Below, one piece after another: positions 38,486-48,218 of a stretch of DNA of 64,000 nt. Position numbers and translations under genes: made by a program. The DNA comes from Polyangiaceae bacterium. Its GTDB lineage: Bacteria > Myxococcota_A > Polyangia > Polyangiales > Polyangiaceae. Where the stretch lies: positions 1 through 64,000 of the forward strand of contig JAXLYL010000026.1 of NCBI GenBank assembly GCA_046351475.1, given 5' to 3'. The first letter of the stretch is position 1, and every line of letters begins with the position of its first letter. The notes beneath the pieces are model-generated. The model was not told the DNA's origin. It did not search any database and worked only from the letters and a program-made list of their open reading frames with translations.

Positions 38486-39363
38486 ATCCCTTTCGCGAAC
38501 GACACGAGGTGCGCGTTCACCGCGTCCCTCGCGTCGTGCTGGACCCAGTGGCCCGCGTCGTCGAGCCATTCCATGCGGAGGTTCGGCACGAAGCGGCGCG
38601 GCGGCTCCGCGATCTCCGGACCGAGGAACCGGTCGTGACGGCCCCACACGACGAGCACGTCGACGTCGATGGGTCGCGGCTTCCGCGTGCGAAATCGGGC
38701 CACGTCGCGGAACGCGGCCCGGTAGTAGGCGAGTCCACCGCGCATGCCTCCCGCGCGTCGGGCAGCGTCCACGTAGGGCGTGGTCTCCTCCCGCGGAAGC
38801 GTCTCGAACGCACGACGGACGCCTTCGTAGCCCCGGAACCGGAACAGGGCCTCGGGCACCTTGGGCAGTTGGAAGAGGAACATGTACCAGCTGCGTCGGA
38901 GCTGCTTCAGGGTGCGGAGCCCCTTCATCATGGCCACGGGATGGGCGCAGTTGAGGACGGCGAGGCGGGTCACTTCGTCGGGCCGGTGCATGGCGAAGTT
39001 CCACGCGACGTGGCCGCCCCAATCGTGTCCCACGATCATGGCCTTCTTCGCGCCCGTGGACCGAATCACGGCGGACACGTCGTCGAGCAACGTGTCCATG
39101 CCGTAGGCCGCCACGCTCTTCGGGGCGTCCGATTCGTTGAAGCCACGCATGTCCGGCGCGACCACGTGGAACCCCGCGTCCACGAGGGCACGCATCTGGT
39201 GACGCCACGACCACCAGAACTCGGGGAATCCGTGGAGGAACACCACGAGGGGGCGCCCCTTCCCCTTCCCTCCCTCGACGACGTGCAACGTGACCTCGCC
39301 GGAGGTGACGTGCCTGTGCGTGAAGTCCTCGTCGTTCCAGGTCCCGTTCATGGCGCTCTCCAA
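38455..39363 (-). CDS. Alpha/beta-fold hydrolase (epoxide hydrolase / haloalkane dehalogenase-like)
   Basis: The product carries ...PLVVFLHGFPEFWWSWRHQ... and ...MIVGHDWGGHVAW... (nucleophile elbow HDWGG), with a C-terminal His. The likely start is the Met at 39351. Confidence 0.8.
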   Translation of the reverse strand: MESAMNGTWNDEDFTHRHVTSGEVTLHVVEGGKGKGRPLVVFLHGFPEFWWSWRHQMRALVDAGFHVVAPDMRGFNESDAPKSVAAYGMDTLLDDVSAVIRSTGAKKAMIVGHDWGGHVAWNFAMHRPDEVTRLAVLNCAHPVAMMKGLRTLKQLRRSWYMFLFQLPKVPEALFRFRGYEGVRRAFETLPREETTPYVDAARRAGGMRGGLAYYRAAFRDVARFRTRKPRPIDVDVLVVWGRHDRFLGPEIAEPPRRFVPNLRMEWLDDAGHWVQHDARDAVNAHLVSFAKGIHRQSRGVHP

Positions 39364-39379
39364 GGTCTCGTCGGGTTCG

Positions 39380-40012
39380 TCAGGTTCGTCGGCCCACCAT
39401 GGCCGACCACGGCCGCTCGGACTCGGGCACGTCGTTCGGGCGCAGGTACGACGACACGAGCGTGAACCCGGAAGCGACGAAGAGCTCCTCCCAGGTCGTG
39501 CGGGTCAGGTAGCTCCCGTACCGCTCCCCCTTCCAACCTTCCCGATCGTGATCGAAGGATCGTGGATTCGATCCGAAAAGGACACCTCCGGGCACGAGGC
39601 ACGCGCGAAGACGGGCCATCACGTCGGGCAGGATCCGCCGGGGAACGTGGAAGAGGGACGCGTTCGCGAAGACGCCGTCGAACCGTGACGACGGGAGATC
39701 GAGGTCGAAAAAACTCTGGTGCCAGACCTCCGCGCCCGATCGTTCCCGCGCGCGCCCCACGAACTCCGCCGAACCGTCGAGCCCCACCACGTCGTGACCC
39801 ATGGCGCGGAACGCGACGAGGTCTCTCCCGGGGCCACATCCGAAGTCGAGGATACGGAGCGAAGGTCGGTTCCCGAGGGCGCCCGTGAGCGCCTCGTAGT
39901 TCTGGGTGACGTCGTGATCGCGCGTGCCCTCCCAGAACGCGTCGGCATTCGCGTCGTAGTGGCCCAGGGTGCGTCGAGCGATGGTGCCGAGATCGTCTTC
40001 CGTCACGGACAC
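39380..40012 (-). CDS. Class I SAM-dependent methyltransferase
   Basis: Motif I is ...LRILDFGCGPGRDLVAF... The post-I acidic residue is in DVVGLDGS... The product is 210 aa. Confidence 0.8.
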   Translation of the reverse strand: MSVTEDDLGTIARRTLGHYDANADAFWEGTRDHDVTQNYEALTGALGNRPSLRILDFGCGPGRDLVAFRAMGHDVVGLDGSAEFVGRARERSGAEVWHQSFFDLDLPSSRFDGVFANASLFHVPRRILPDVMARLRACLVPGGVLFGSNPRSFDHDREGWKGERYGSYLTRTTWEELFVASGFTLVSSYLRPNDVPESERPWSAMVGRRT

Positions 40013-40194
40013 CTTCGTACTTCAGGGTTCTCCAGCGCGCCAGAGTGGCCGGGATTCCGCACCCGACCGTGACCCGCTCGTCACTTCGTCAATCGACGCC
40101 ATGAAGGGAAGCCCCTCGTCCGTCACGGGTTCGTCGAACGGGGCCGTGAGGCGCACTCCCGCGACGTCGCGAGCCCCTCGACCTGGAGATCCCC

Positions 40195-41004
40195 ATGCCC
40201 ACGTCTTTCCGGCGCCGCTTCCGAGGCGTCCGCATCGCCGCCTCGTGCCTCGTCGTCGCCCTGCCTCGTCTCGCCCACGCCGCGGACGCGCCGTCGCCCC
40301 CCGCTCACGCGGAGACGGTCCCGTCTCCCGTCGGCGCCGATGCCGCGCCCCCGTTCGCGTCACCGGGTCGCGTGGTGACCTCCCTCGGCGGAGCGTCCTA
40401 TTCGTCGGTGGGCGCCCTCGGACTCGGGGGTCTTTCCGTGGGTCCCCTGACGTTCGCGTCGTCGATGACGACCGTGTCCCCCCCCGGAGACGGTACGGTC
40501 GGACAATCCCGCACTTCCGTGGGATTCGTCCCGGAAGTCGACGTGTTCGTGTCGCGCCGGGTGACCCTCGGCGGGACGCTCGCCGTCACGGGCGCGCGGT
40601 CGTCCTATTCGACGCGGACCGAAGGGCGGACGACGACCTCGGAATCGTCGACGTTCTCGTTCGCCCTCAAGCCCCGCGTCGGTCTCGCGTTCCCACTCGG
40701 GAAGAACGTCGTCTTCTGGCCACGTGTGGAAATCGGGCCTTCGTACACGCGTTCCCAGGGCAGCCTCACCGTCCCGGGGGACACGTGGGCCGTGGAAGGA
40801 ACGCTCCGTGCGGGCTTCGTGGTGCCCGTCCACGCGCGTCTCGCGTTCGATCTCGGACCGTCGTTCACGACCACGGCCGCGTTCTCCTCCACGACGACGA
40901 GCGCGGCGGGCGTCGTCGGGGCGGCGTCGGTCGGTGGTGCCCTCGGGACCACCGACGTGTCGTTCGGCCTCGGATTCCAGGGCCGCCTCCTGCTCACGTT
41001 CTGA
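40195..41004 (+). CDS. Outer-membrane beta-barrel protein (hypothetical)
   Basis: The signal peptide is MPTSFRRRFRGVRIAASCLVVALPRLAHAADA. Alternating amphipathic beta-strands follow, with a C-terminal ...GLGFQGRLLLTF ending in aromatic Phe. Confidence 0.55.
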   Translation: MPTSFRRRFRGVRIAASCLVVALPRLAHAADAPSPPAHAETVPSPVGADAAPPFASPGRVVTSLGGASYSSVGALGLGGLSVGPLTFASSMTTVSPPGDGTVGQSRTSVGFVPEVDVFVSRRVTLGGTLAVTGARSSYSTRTEGRTTTSESSTFSFALKPRVGLAFPLGKNVVFWPRVEIGPSYTRSQGSLTVPGDTWAVEGTLRAGFVVPVHARLAFDLGPSFTTTAAFSSTTTSAAGVVGAASVGGALGTTDVSFGLGFQGRLLLTF

Positions 41005-41033
41005 AGGTCCGGCGGAATGCTACGCTTCCCGGG

Positions 41034-42275
41034 ATGCCCCTCGTCACGTACGTGACCGACGTCGAAGGGATCGGCGCGAAGCTCGACACCTTCGTCGCCG
41101 AGAGCCCCTGGCTCGCGTACGACACCGAAGGGCGCCTCGAGCTCCACGACGACGCGACGTTCGTCTTCGGCGGCGATGCGGTCGATCGCGGTCCGGACGG
41201 CCGCCGTGTCGTACGGACGCTGCTCGACGCGAAGGAGCGTTACGGGGACCGGGTCGTCCTCGTGGCGGGCAACCGGGACATCAACAAGCTCCGGCTCCCG
41301 CGGGAACTCGAGGGAGCGCCTCCGCCGTGGCTCCGCGACGTCCCCGTGGGGAGTCCACGCGCGGTGGTCCTCCGCGCGATCCTGGCGAACACCATGGGCG
41401 CACGCGCCGCGTTCGACCACAGACAGGACGAATTGCGCCGGGAGGGCGTCGACGCGGACGACGACGCCGTCGTCCGGAGTTTTCTCGACGATCTCGCGCC
41501 CGGCGGTCCCCATCTCCGCTACCTCGAACACGCGGTCCTCGCCTTCCGATCCGGGTCGACGTTGTTCGTGCACGGTGCGGTGAGCGGCGAGAGTCTCGGT
41601 CACGTTCCCGGGTGCGATCCGGAACCGGACGTCGATCGCTGGATCGATCGCCTGAACGCGTTCTACCGATCCCAGATCCGCACGTTCGCCGAACGGGACG
41701 CGTCGAAGGAAGCGTCCCTCGCGCACACGGCCGTGCCCTACGCACCGCTCGTGAAGTACCAGGCCCCCGTGTTCGGTTCGGGCCAGAACCCGTCGAGCGT
41801 CGTCTACGGCCGGACGGTCGACGAGGCGAACAATCCCGTGCTCCCCGACGACGAAGCCATCGCACGGCTCGTCGCCGCCGGAATCCGACGCGTGGTCGTG
41901 GGACACACTCCGAGCGGCGACACGCCGACCATCCTCCGGGGCGAAGGTTTCGAGATGATCGTCGCCGACAACTCCTACGGCAGCCTCGACTGGGGCGCCG
42001 GGGTGGACGTGGACGAGGACGGCGTGACGATCCGAGGTCGCGCCACCCTCGAATCGGGGGACGTCGTCTCCGTCGGGTTCTCGACGCACGGCACCGCGTG
42101 GCCTCACCTCGGCTCGCGGGACGTCGCGACGGGCGAAATCGTGAAGGGCCCCGTCGCGGACGGACGTTCGCTCCTGTTCAAGTACGGACCACGGTTGAAG
42201 CTCGTGCAGCGGGCCGTGCACGCCGACGACCTCCGAGGACGACGCTTCGCTCCCGCGCGGGCCGGGAATCGCTGA
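41034..42275 (+). CDS. Calcineurin-like metallophosphoesterase family protein
   Basis: The motifs ...FVFGGDAVDRGPDG... and ...VLVAGNRD... follow the GDxxDRG...GNH[DE] pattern. The product is 413 aa. Confidence 0.65.
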   Translation: MPLVTYVTDVEGIGAKLDTFVAESPWLAYDTEGRLELHDDATFVFGGDAVDRGPDGRRVVRTLLDAKERYGDRVVLVAGNRDINKLRLPRELEGAPPPWLRDVPVGSPRAVVLRAILANTMGARAAFDHRQDELRREGVDADDDAVVRSFLDDLAPGGPHLRYLEHAVLAFRSGSTLFVHGAVSGESLGHVPGCDPEPDVDRWIDRLNAFYRSQIRTFAERDASKEASLAHTAVPYAPLVKYQAPVFGSGQNPSSVVYGRTVDEANNPVLPDDEAIARLVAAGIRRVVVGHTPSGDTPTILRGEGFEMIVADNSYGSLDWGAGVDVDEDGVTIRGRATLESGDVVSVGFSTHGTAWPHLGSRDVATGEIVKGPVADGRSLLFKYGPRLKLVQRAVHADDLRGRRFAPARAGNR

Positions 42276-42310
42276 CCTTCCGGACGGCGCGGGCCGAAGT
42301 CCCGGCGCGG

Positions 42311-44092
42311 TCAGGGACCGACCGTCGCGACCCCGAACGCCTGATCGAACGTCGCGGAGAAACTCACGGGCGGGATACCCGCGGGCACGTTCGGTCCGAT
42401 GGGCACCCCCAGGTCGATGCGGAAGACGGACCTGTCGAGCTGCGGGAGGAGAACGCGGACACCGCCGCCCGTCCCGAAGTGGGCCGTGCGTGCGCTCCAT
42501 CCGTCGAACGCGCCGCCCGCGTCGAGGAACGCGACCGCCGCGACCTGGCAGGAGAAGATCTCGAGGGGACGCGAACGGAACTCGAGGTTCGTCACCGTGG
42601 CGTCCTTGCCGGCGAAGAAGTTGCTGGGGTACCCGCGGAGTCGCCCCGCGCCGCCGAGGAACGTCGTGCTCCGGAGGTAGTTCCGGTACCGGGAGATGGT
42701 GCTGGAGTCGAGGACCAGGCGTCCCGCACGCGTCCGCGGCGAGACGAGACGCGCGTTCACGGAGACCGACGCGTCGGCGACGCGCGTCGGTTCCGCTTCG
42801 GTGACCGACTCGACTCCGAGGCGCGCGAGACCGTCGCCCATGGGCACGCTGTACTGGGCGGCGCCGAAGAATCCCCAGAAATTGCGCGTGGAGCCGAGCG
42901 CCGTGGTCACAGGATAGACGCGGAACCACACGTCGTGCCCGAGACGGAAGTCTTCCTGGAGCGCGAGGGTCTCGAAATCGAGGACGCGGAGGAAGTTCGT
43001 CGTGTACACGCGGGCCTGGAAATACGGCGCGACGCGCGTGTCGGAGGTGGGCACTCGCGTGTCCTTGAAGTCGGCGACGGCGACGGGATCGTAGGCCGAG
43101 AGGTCGCCCGTCGAGTACTGCGCTTTCGACACGTTGAGGCCGAGCGTGACGTCCACCTTCTTCGCCCAACCGAAGGACCTGGTCACGTAGTTCGAACTCG
43201 TGAGCGTGTCCGTGCGGTAGCTGAAGGGGATGAGATCCGCGCCCGGCGTCTTCTTCGAGTCGAAGGACCCGAGTCGCGCGTTGACGTAGCGCCGGGTGAC
43301 CTCGTTCAACCATTCGACGCCGCCGCCCACGCCCCATTCGGTCTGCGTGGAGAAGAGGGGTCGTTCGATGCGGAAGCCACCGTAGGACCCTTCGGACTTG
43401 CCGGTCTTCTGGTTGAAGATGACGTGGGCTTCCGCGACACCCGAGACGCGCGAGCCGAGGATGCGCGGGACGACGTACCGCGCGCCGAGCCAGAACGAGA
43501 GCGGCAGGTACTGGTAGCGGACCGCCGCCGTCTGCTGCGTCCCGAGGATGTTGGTCTCCGTCGGCTGGAGCACGAGACGTTCGAGACCGCCGGTGCCGAC
43601 GGCGACGTCCCAACTGAGACGGAGACTCCAGACGTCCTTCGTGATCACGACGAGGCGCACGTGTTCCGGATCGTGGCCCTTGAACGGCGCGACGATGACC
43701 AGGGACAGTTGCGGGAGTCGGCGGAGGTTCCGGGCGGTCTCGTCGGCGAGGACTCCCACGTAGGGCTCCCCCTGCTTCTGGAGGACCTCGCGGGAGATGA
43801 CGTAGTTGCGGCTCGTGACGTGGAAGGCATTGAGGAACCCCGGAGCCGGATCGCGCTTCTCGATGACTTCGAGGGCGACGATGTCGATGCTCTCGATGGG
43901 CTTCCCGTCGGGAGTGGGATCGAGTTCCGTTCCGAGCCTCTCGGCGGCGAACGCGAGGGACTCCTTCTCGTAGGGCGAATACGCGCCCTTCTTGGAAACG
44001 GGGACCGCGGATTGGGCCCACGCCGGGCGGACCGGGCACGCGACGAGACCTCCGCACGCCGCGAGTGCCGCGAGGACCGTCCGGAGTCGCAT
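42311..44092 (-). CDS. Omp85-family outer-membrane protein (BamA/TamA-like, surface antigen D15)
   Basis: From the ATG at 44092 the signal peptide is MRLRTVLAALAACGGLVACPVRPAWAQS. A POTRA-like region precedes a C-terminal 16-strand barrel ending ...FSATFDQAFGVATVGP. Confidence 0.75.
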   Translation of the reverse strand: MRLRTVLAALAACGGLVACPVRPAWAQSAVPVSKKGAYSPYEKESLAFAAERLGTELDPTPDGKPIESIDIVALEVIEKRDPAPGFLNAFHVTSRNYVISREVLQKQGEPYVGVLADETARNLRRLPQLSLVIVAPFKGHDPEHVRLVVITKDVWSLRLSWDVAVGTGGLERLVLQPTETNILGTQQTAAVRYQYLPLSFWLGARYVVPRILGSRVSGVAEAHVIFNQKTGKSEGSYGGFRIERPLFSTQTEWGVGGGVEWLNEVTRRYVNARLGSFDSKKTPGADLIPFSYRTDTLTSSNYVTRSFGWAKKVDVTLGLNVSKAQYSTGDLSAYDPVAVADFKDTRVPTSDTRVAPYFQARVYTTNFLRVLDFETLALQEDFRLGHDVWFRVYPVTTALGSTRNFWGFFGAAQYSVPMGDGLARLGVESVTEAEPTRVADASVSVNARLVSPRTRAGRLVLDSSTISRYRNYLRSTTFLGGAGRLRGYPSNFFAGKDATVTNLEFRSRPLEIFSCQVAAVAFLDAGGAFDGWSARTAHFGTGGGVRVLLPQLDRSVFRIDLGVPIGPNVPAGIPPVSFSATFDQAFGVATVGP

Positions 44093-44142
44093 CGCCGATT
44101 TCGTGCGCGCGTTCGTGGCCAAGAGAGACGAGAATACCCGAC

Positions 44143-45318
44143 ATGCTCGACGTCTCGCGCGAAGAACGGCGGCGCGCCCTCGCCCGGAAGGAAGCCCTGA
44201 GGCTCCGGGTCGGGATCGCGACGTTCGCCGTCGGCGTCGCGCTGGGTGGGGTCCTCCTCGCGACGATCTTCGTCGTCCCCGCACTCCAGGGACCGGACTC
44301 CGGAGTCCGTCTCGCGCGCATGGGACGGGCGGCCCTCCTCGCCGTGCCGGCGTGCCTCCTCTACGCCACCGTCCCGAAGTTGGTCGACCGCTTCGATCCG
44401 GAACCCTGGACAACGCTCCTCGCCACCTACGTGTGGGGCGCGTTCGCCGCGTGCGGCATCTCGGCGGCCGTCACGTCCGCCGTGTCCCTCGCGGCCGGAC
44501 GACTCGGTGGACCCGTCGCGGCCGACTTCTTCGGATCCGTCGTGTGCGCACCGGCGATCGAGGAACTCACGAAAGGCGCCGCCGTGTTCGGCGTCTTCTT
44601 CTTCGTGAAGCGGGAGTTCGACGGCATCGTCGACGGCATCATCTACGGAACGTTCGTGGGGCTCGGCTTCGCGACCCTCGAGAACGTCGTCTACTACGCC
44701 CGCGCCATCGGGTCGGGGGACGCCGCGCTGGCCGGTACGTTCGTCCTCCGTGGCGTCCTCGCGCCGTGGGGTCACCCGTTCTACACGGCGATGATCGGCA
44801 TCGGCTTCGGCTTCGCGCGGGAGGACCACACGATGTCGCGGAGGAAGTGGGCACCCGTGGTCGGCTACGCCCTGGCCGTCCTGCTCCACGCCGGGTGGAA
44901 CGCGACGGCGTTCGTCTCCACCATCACGGGGGCCCCCATCGCCGTCCTGTCCTTGCCCGTGTGGTTCGTGTTCGTGTTCGCGTTCGCGGCCATGGTGCTC
45001 GTGCTCGTGGCGCGGAAGGGACGCATCCTCCGGGAGTTCCTCGAGGACGAGGTCGCCCTCGGTCACATGAGCCCCGCGGAGGTCGATCATGTGTGCGACG
45101 CCGGCGTCCGCATCCGCTCCCACTTCGCCGTGCACCCTTCGGCGGATCTCGCGTTCGTGGCGGTCGCGTCCCGCCTCGCCCTGAGCAAGTGGCATTCGGT
45201 GCGGGCCATGCGCCTCGGCGTTCCCACCGTCAGCGCCGAATTCATCCTTCCGCTGCGGAAGCGACTCGGGGAACTCCGCCGGGAGCGAGGGCCGATTCCC
45301 GCGAAAAACGGGCCTTGA
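44143..45318 (+). CDS. PrsW-family intramembrane metalloprotease
   Basis: The product has multiple TM segments with conserved ...CAPAIEELTKGAAVF..., ...GLGFATLENVVY... and ...LHAGWNA... motifs (EExxK, FxxxE, HxxxN). Confidence 0.75.
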   Translation: MLDVSREERRRALARKEALRLRVGIATFAVGVALGGVLLATIFVVPALQGPDSGVRLARMGRAALLAVPACLLYATVPKLVDRFDPEPWTTLLATYVWGAFAACGISAAVTSAVSLAAGRLGGPVAADFFGSVVCAPAIEELTKGAAVFGVFFFVKREFDGIVDGIIYGTFVGLGFATLENVVYYARAIGSGDAALAGTFVLRGVLAPWGHPFYTAMIGIGFGFAREDHTMSRRKWAPVVGYALAVLLHAGWNATAFVSTITGAPIAVLSLPVWFVFVFAFAAMVLVLVARKGRILREFLEDEVALGHMSPAEVDHVCDAGVRIRSHFAVHPSADLAFVAVASRLALSKWHSVRAMRLGVPTVSAEFILPLRKRLGELRRERGPIPAKNGP

Positions 45319-45359
45319 ACTCCGGGGAATCCGGAGTTAGTAACTCATATATGAGTTAC
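45318..45359. promoter_or_regulatory. GC hairpin (aactccgg-ggaa-ccggagtt) immediately followed by a perfect 20-bp AT-rich palindrome GTAACTCATATATGAGTTAC, in a convergent intergenic gap
   Basis: The sequence was read directly. The 8-bp stem and 4-nt loop lie at 45318-45338. The palindrome gtaactcata|tatgagttac lies at 45340-45359. It is 25% GC against a roughly 70% GC background. Confidence 0.5.
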
Positions 45360-45544
45360 GAACCGCCCCCGCCGTCCCGGTCCGACGAATCCCAGGCAAG
45401 GGACCGTGAGTCTTCGGCGCGTCCGCGCGCGGGCGCACCGTGGAGCGTGCTCTGGTTCGACCCGCCGCCCGACGAGACCACCGGCGACGTTCCCACCAAC
45501 GACGACTGACGCGTCGCGCCGCGTCGACGTGTCCCGCCTCCCGT

Positions 45545-47095
45545 TCAGTCGGCGAGGACGGCGCGTTCGTGGGCCCAACTTCGCAGCGCGCCCACGCGTT
45601 CCGACATCGTGACGGACAGCGGGATCGTCCGTTCGAGTTCGTCCTGGATGTGTCCGTCGGTCAGTTCGACGTTGTCGGAGAACGCGTCGAACAGGGCGGC
45701 GACGATCACCTGCTCGAGTTCCGCGCCGCTGAATCCTTCGGATGCACGTGCGAGTCCGGCGAGGTCGTACTGGGACGGATCGCGGCCACGACGGAGCAGG
45801 TGGACCGCGAGCACGCCCTCGCGCGCGGTCCGGTCCGGCAGGTCGATGAAGAAGATCTCGTCGAAGCGTCCCTTCCGCATCAATTCGGGCGGGACGTTCG
45901 TGACGTCGTTCGCGGTCGCGAGGACGAACACGCGTGCCGTCTTCTCCTGGAGCCACGCCAGGAACGTCCCGAGGACGCGGCGACTCACGCCACCGTCCGA
46001 CTCTCCCGACGTCCCGAACGCCTTCTCGAGTTCGTCGATCCAGAGGACGATGGGCGCCATGGTCTCCGCCGTGCGGAGAGCGCGCTTGAGGCTCTTCTCG
46101 GTCTCGCCCACGTACCTTTGGTAGAGGTTCGACGGGTCGAGGCGCACGAGAGGCATTCCCCATTCGCCCGCGACCGCCTTCGCGGAGAGCGACTTGCCGC
46201 AGCCCTGCACGCCGAGGAGCAGGGCGCCCCGAGGCGGCGTGAGGCCGAATTGGGCCGCACGCTCGGGGTCCCGGAACGCGGCGCCCCGCTTCCGGATCCA
46301 CTCCTTGAACCGCGAGAGTCCGGCCACGTGCGCCATGGTGTGGTCGTGCGGGAAATACTCGAGCACACCCGTCCGCTCGATGATGCGCTGTTTGCCGTCC
46401 ACGATCTTCACGAAGTCGGCCCGGGCCAGTCGGCCACCCTCGACGAGGAGCTTCGTGAGGATGCGCCGCACCTCGAAGAACGTGAGGCCCTTGACCTGAT
46501 CGAGGAGCGCCGACATGTCCTCGCGCGAGAGCTCCATGGACACGGCGTGCCGTTGACGCACCTCCCGGAGCACGGCCGACATGAACTCCCGGTATTCCTC
46601 CGCCGTGGGCTGCTGGAGCTCGATGTGCGTGAAGAGCGGCTCGACGTCCGACGTGAACGTGATCTCCGGCGCCGCGATCACGATGGCGCCGCGGTGGCGC
46701 GAGAGCTTCCGGTAGATGTCCTTCATCCGGGCGATGACGATGGGATCGTCGAGGTACTTCTCGAAGCCGCGAAGGTGGTAGATGGACTCGCGGTTGGCGT
46801 CGTCGATGAACGCGAGCGCGCGCGCGGGGTCGTCGGTCCCGTGGACGCCGACGCGATCCTCGTCGCTCGTGATGATCCCGCGGTGCGGGAGCCAAGTGAC
46901 GAGCGGAATCCCGAGGTCCTCCGACGTGGCCTGGAGCAGCGCGATGACGCGATCTTCCTCGATGGTCTCGATGGCGATGAGCGGGTGATGGGCCTCGAGA
47001 ACCGTCCGGAGCTCCTCCACTTGTTCGCGAGGAGCGTGGACGTGCTGTTCGCGCGGGGCGTGATCGGAAGGACTCATCGAACTCCGAGGGTACAC
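45545..47095 (-). CDS. AAA+ ATPase (classic AAA family, N-terminal substrate-binding domain)
   Basis: Walker A is ...GALLLGVQGCGKSLSAKAVAGEWG... Walker B is ...IVLWIDELEKAF... A second region of homology is present (...VFVLATANDVTNVPPELMRKGRFDEIFFIDLP...). The alternative start is the Met at 47077. Confidence 0.8.
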   Translation of the reverse strand: MYPRSSMSPSDHAPREQHVHAPREQVEELRTVLEAHHPLIAIETIEEDRVIALLQATSEDLGIPLVTWLPHRGIITSDEDRVGVHGTDDPARALAFIDDANRESIYHLRGFEKYLDDPIVIARMKDIYRKLSRHRGAIVIAAPEITFTSDVEPLFTHIELQQPTAEEYREFMSAVLREVRQRHAVSMELSREDMSALLDQVKGLTFFEVRRILTKLLVEGGRLARADFVKIVDGKQRIIERTGVLEYFPHDHTMAHVAGLSRFKEWIRKRGAAFRDPERAAQFGLTPPRGALLLGVQGCGKSLSAKAVAGEWGMPLVRLDPSNLYQRYVGETEKSLKRALRTAETMAPIVLWIDELEKAFGTSGESDGGVSRRVLGTFLAWLQEKTARVFVLATANDVTNVPPELMRKGRFDEIFFIDLPDRTAREGVLAVHLLRRGRDPSQYDLAGLARASEGFSGAELEQVIVAALFDAFSDNVELTDGHIQDELERTIPLSVTMSERVGALRSWAHERAVLAD

Positions 47096-47147
47096 GACCC
47101 GCGCTCTCCGTCATGTTCGTGGACACGTTCGTGGTACCCTGGGGACG

Positions 47148-48218
47148 ATGGAACGAACCCCGCTCCGATTCCTGGTGGTGGGCGCGGGCGGCGTCGGCGG
47201 CGTGCTGGCGGCGAGGCTCGTGGAGTGCGGGTACGAGGTCGTGACGTGGACGCGGAGCGCCGTCCTCCGGGAAATGATCCGGACCCGGGGCTACGAGCTC
47301 CGTACCGGTACGGGGGATCGCCTGGTGCGCGGCTTCGCCACGACGGATCCGCCCTCGGGCACGTTCGACTTCGTCCTCCTCACGACCCAACCCAAGGACG
47401 TCGAGGAGGCGGCGCGGCGCGCGATGCCCTTCAAGGATCCGGACGGGGCGCTCGTCTGCCTCCAGAACGGCCTCTGCGAGGAACGGGTCGCGCGCATCGC
47501 GTCGGCGGACGACACGTTCGGAGCCGTCGTCGGCTGGGGCGCGTCCTCCCCCGCCCCCGGAGTCTTCGTGGAGACCGCTCGGGGCGGGTTCACGATCGGT
47601 CGCGTCGACGGACGCCGGGATCCCCGCCTGTTCGACCTCGCCTCCGCGCTCGGCCGCGTGGGCGAGACCGAGATCACGGAGAACCTGGCCGGCAAACGCT
47701 GGAGCAAGCTCGCCCTCAACTGCGCCATCTCGACGATCGGCACCCTCGGAGGTGACCGCCTCGGTACCCTCATGCGTCATCGCTTCGTCCGCCGGCTCGC
47801 CCTCGACACCATGAGCGAGGTCGTTAAGGTCGCGCGCGCCGAAGGCGTCACGCTCGAAAAGGTGGCCGGCACGCTCGATCTCGACTGGATCTCCCTCACC
47901 CACGAGGAGCGTCGTGCGAAGCTCGCCGCCAGTCTGGGACTGAAACATGCCCTGCTCCTCGCGGTGGGCGTGCGTTTCCGGAGGCTCCGGAGCTCCATGC
48001 TCGCGGGCCTCGAACGCGGAGAGGCACCGTCGGTGGATTTCCTCAACGGCGAGGTCGTGACGCGTGCCGCACGTCACGGCGTGGACGTCGCGGTGAACGA
48101 ACGCCTCCGCGAGAGCGTCTGGGCCGTCTCACGAGGCGAAGCGACGCCGTCGGTGGCGTTGGTCCGCGCGATCTACGACGCGACGGGCCCGCGGGGTTCG
48201 GTCACACGCGCAGCGTGA
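47148..48218 (+). CDS. 2-dehydropantoate 2-reductase family oxidoreductase (ApbA/PanE-like)
   Basis: The N-terminus MERTPLRFLVVGAGGVGGVLAARL carries the Rossmann GxGxxG. The C-terminal ApbA_C-like helical domain follows. Confidence 0.8.
   Translation: MERTPLRFLVVGAGGVGGVLAARLVECGYEVVTWTRSAVLREMIRTRGYELRTGTGDRLVRGFATTDPPSGTFDFVLLTTQPKDVEEAARRAMPFKDPDGALVCLQNGLCEERVARIASADDTFGAVVGWGASSPAPGVFVETARGGFTIGRVDGRRDPRLFDLASALGRVGETEITENLAGKRWSKLALNCAISTIGTLGGDRLGTLMRHRFVRRLALDTMSEVVKVARAEGVTLEKVAGTLDLDWISLTHEERRAKLAASLGLKHALLLAVGVRFRRLRSSMLAGLERGEAPSVDFLNGEVVTRAARHGVDVAVNERLRESVWAVSRGEATPSVALVRAIYDATGPRGSVTRAA

Noticed and set aside
36206-39465. ORFs 36206..37336(-), 37636..38346(-), 37732..39465(+) and 38117..39214(-)
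   Set aside because: They overlap the Cys-rich lipoprotein and alpha/beta hydrolase genes in other frames or strands, and are R/G/P-rich.
40605-44321. 1238-aa minus ORF and 1158-aa plus ORF (40724..44200) spanning several real genes
   Set aside because: They read through the OMP, phosphoesterase and Omp85 genes in wrong frames or strands, and have junk composition.
45345-48077. 910-aa minus ORF and 771-aa plus ORF (45440..47755)
   Set aside because: They are out-of-frame or antisense to the AAA+ ATPase and panE-like genes.
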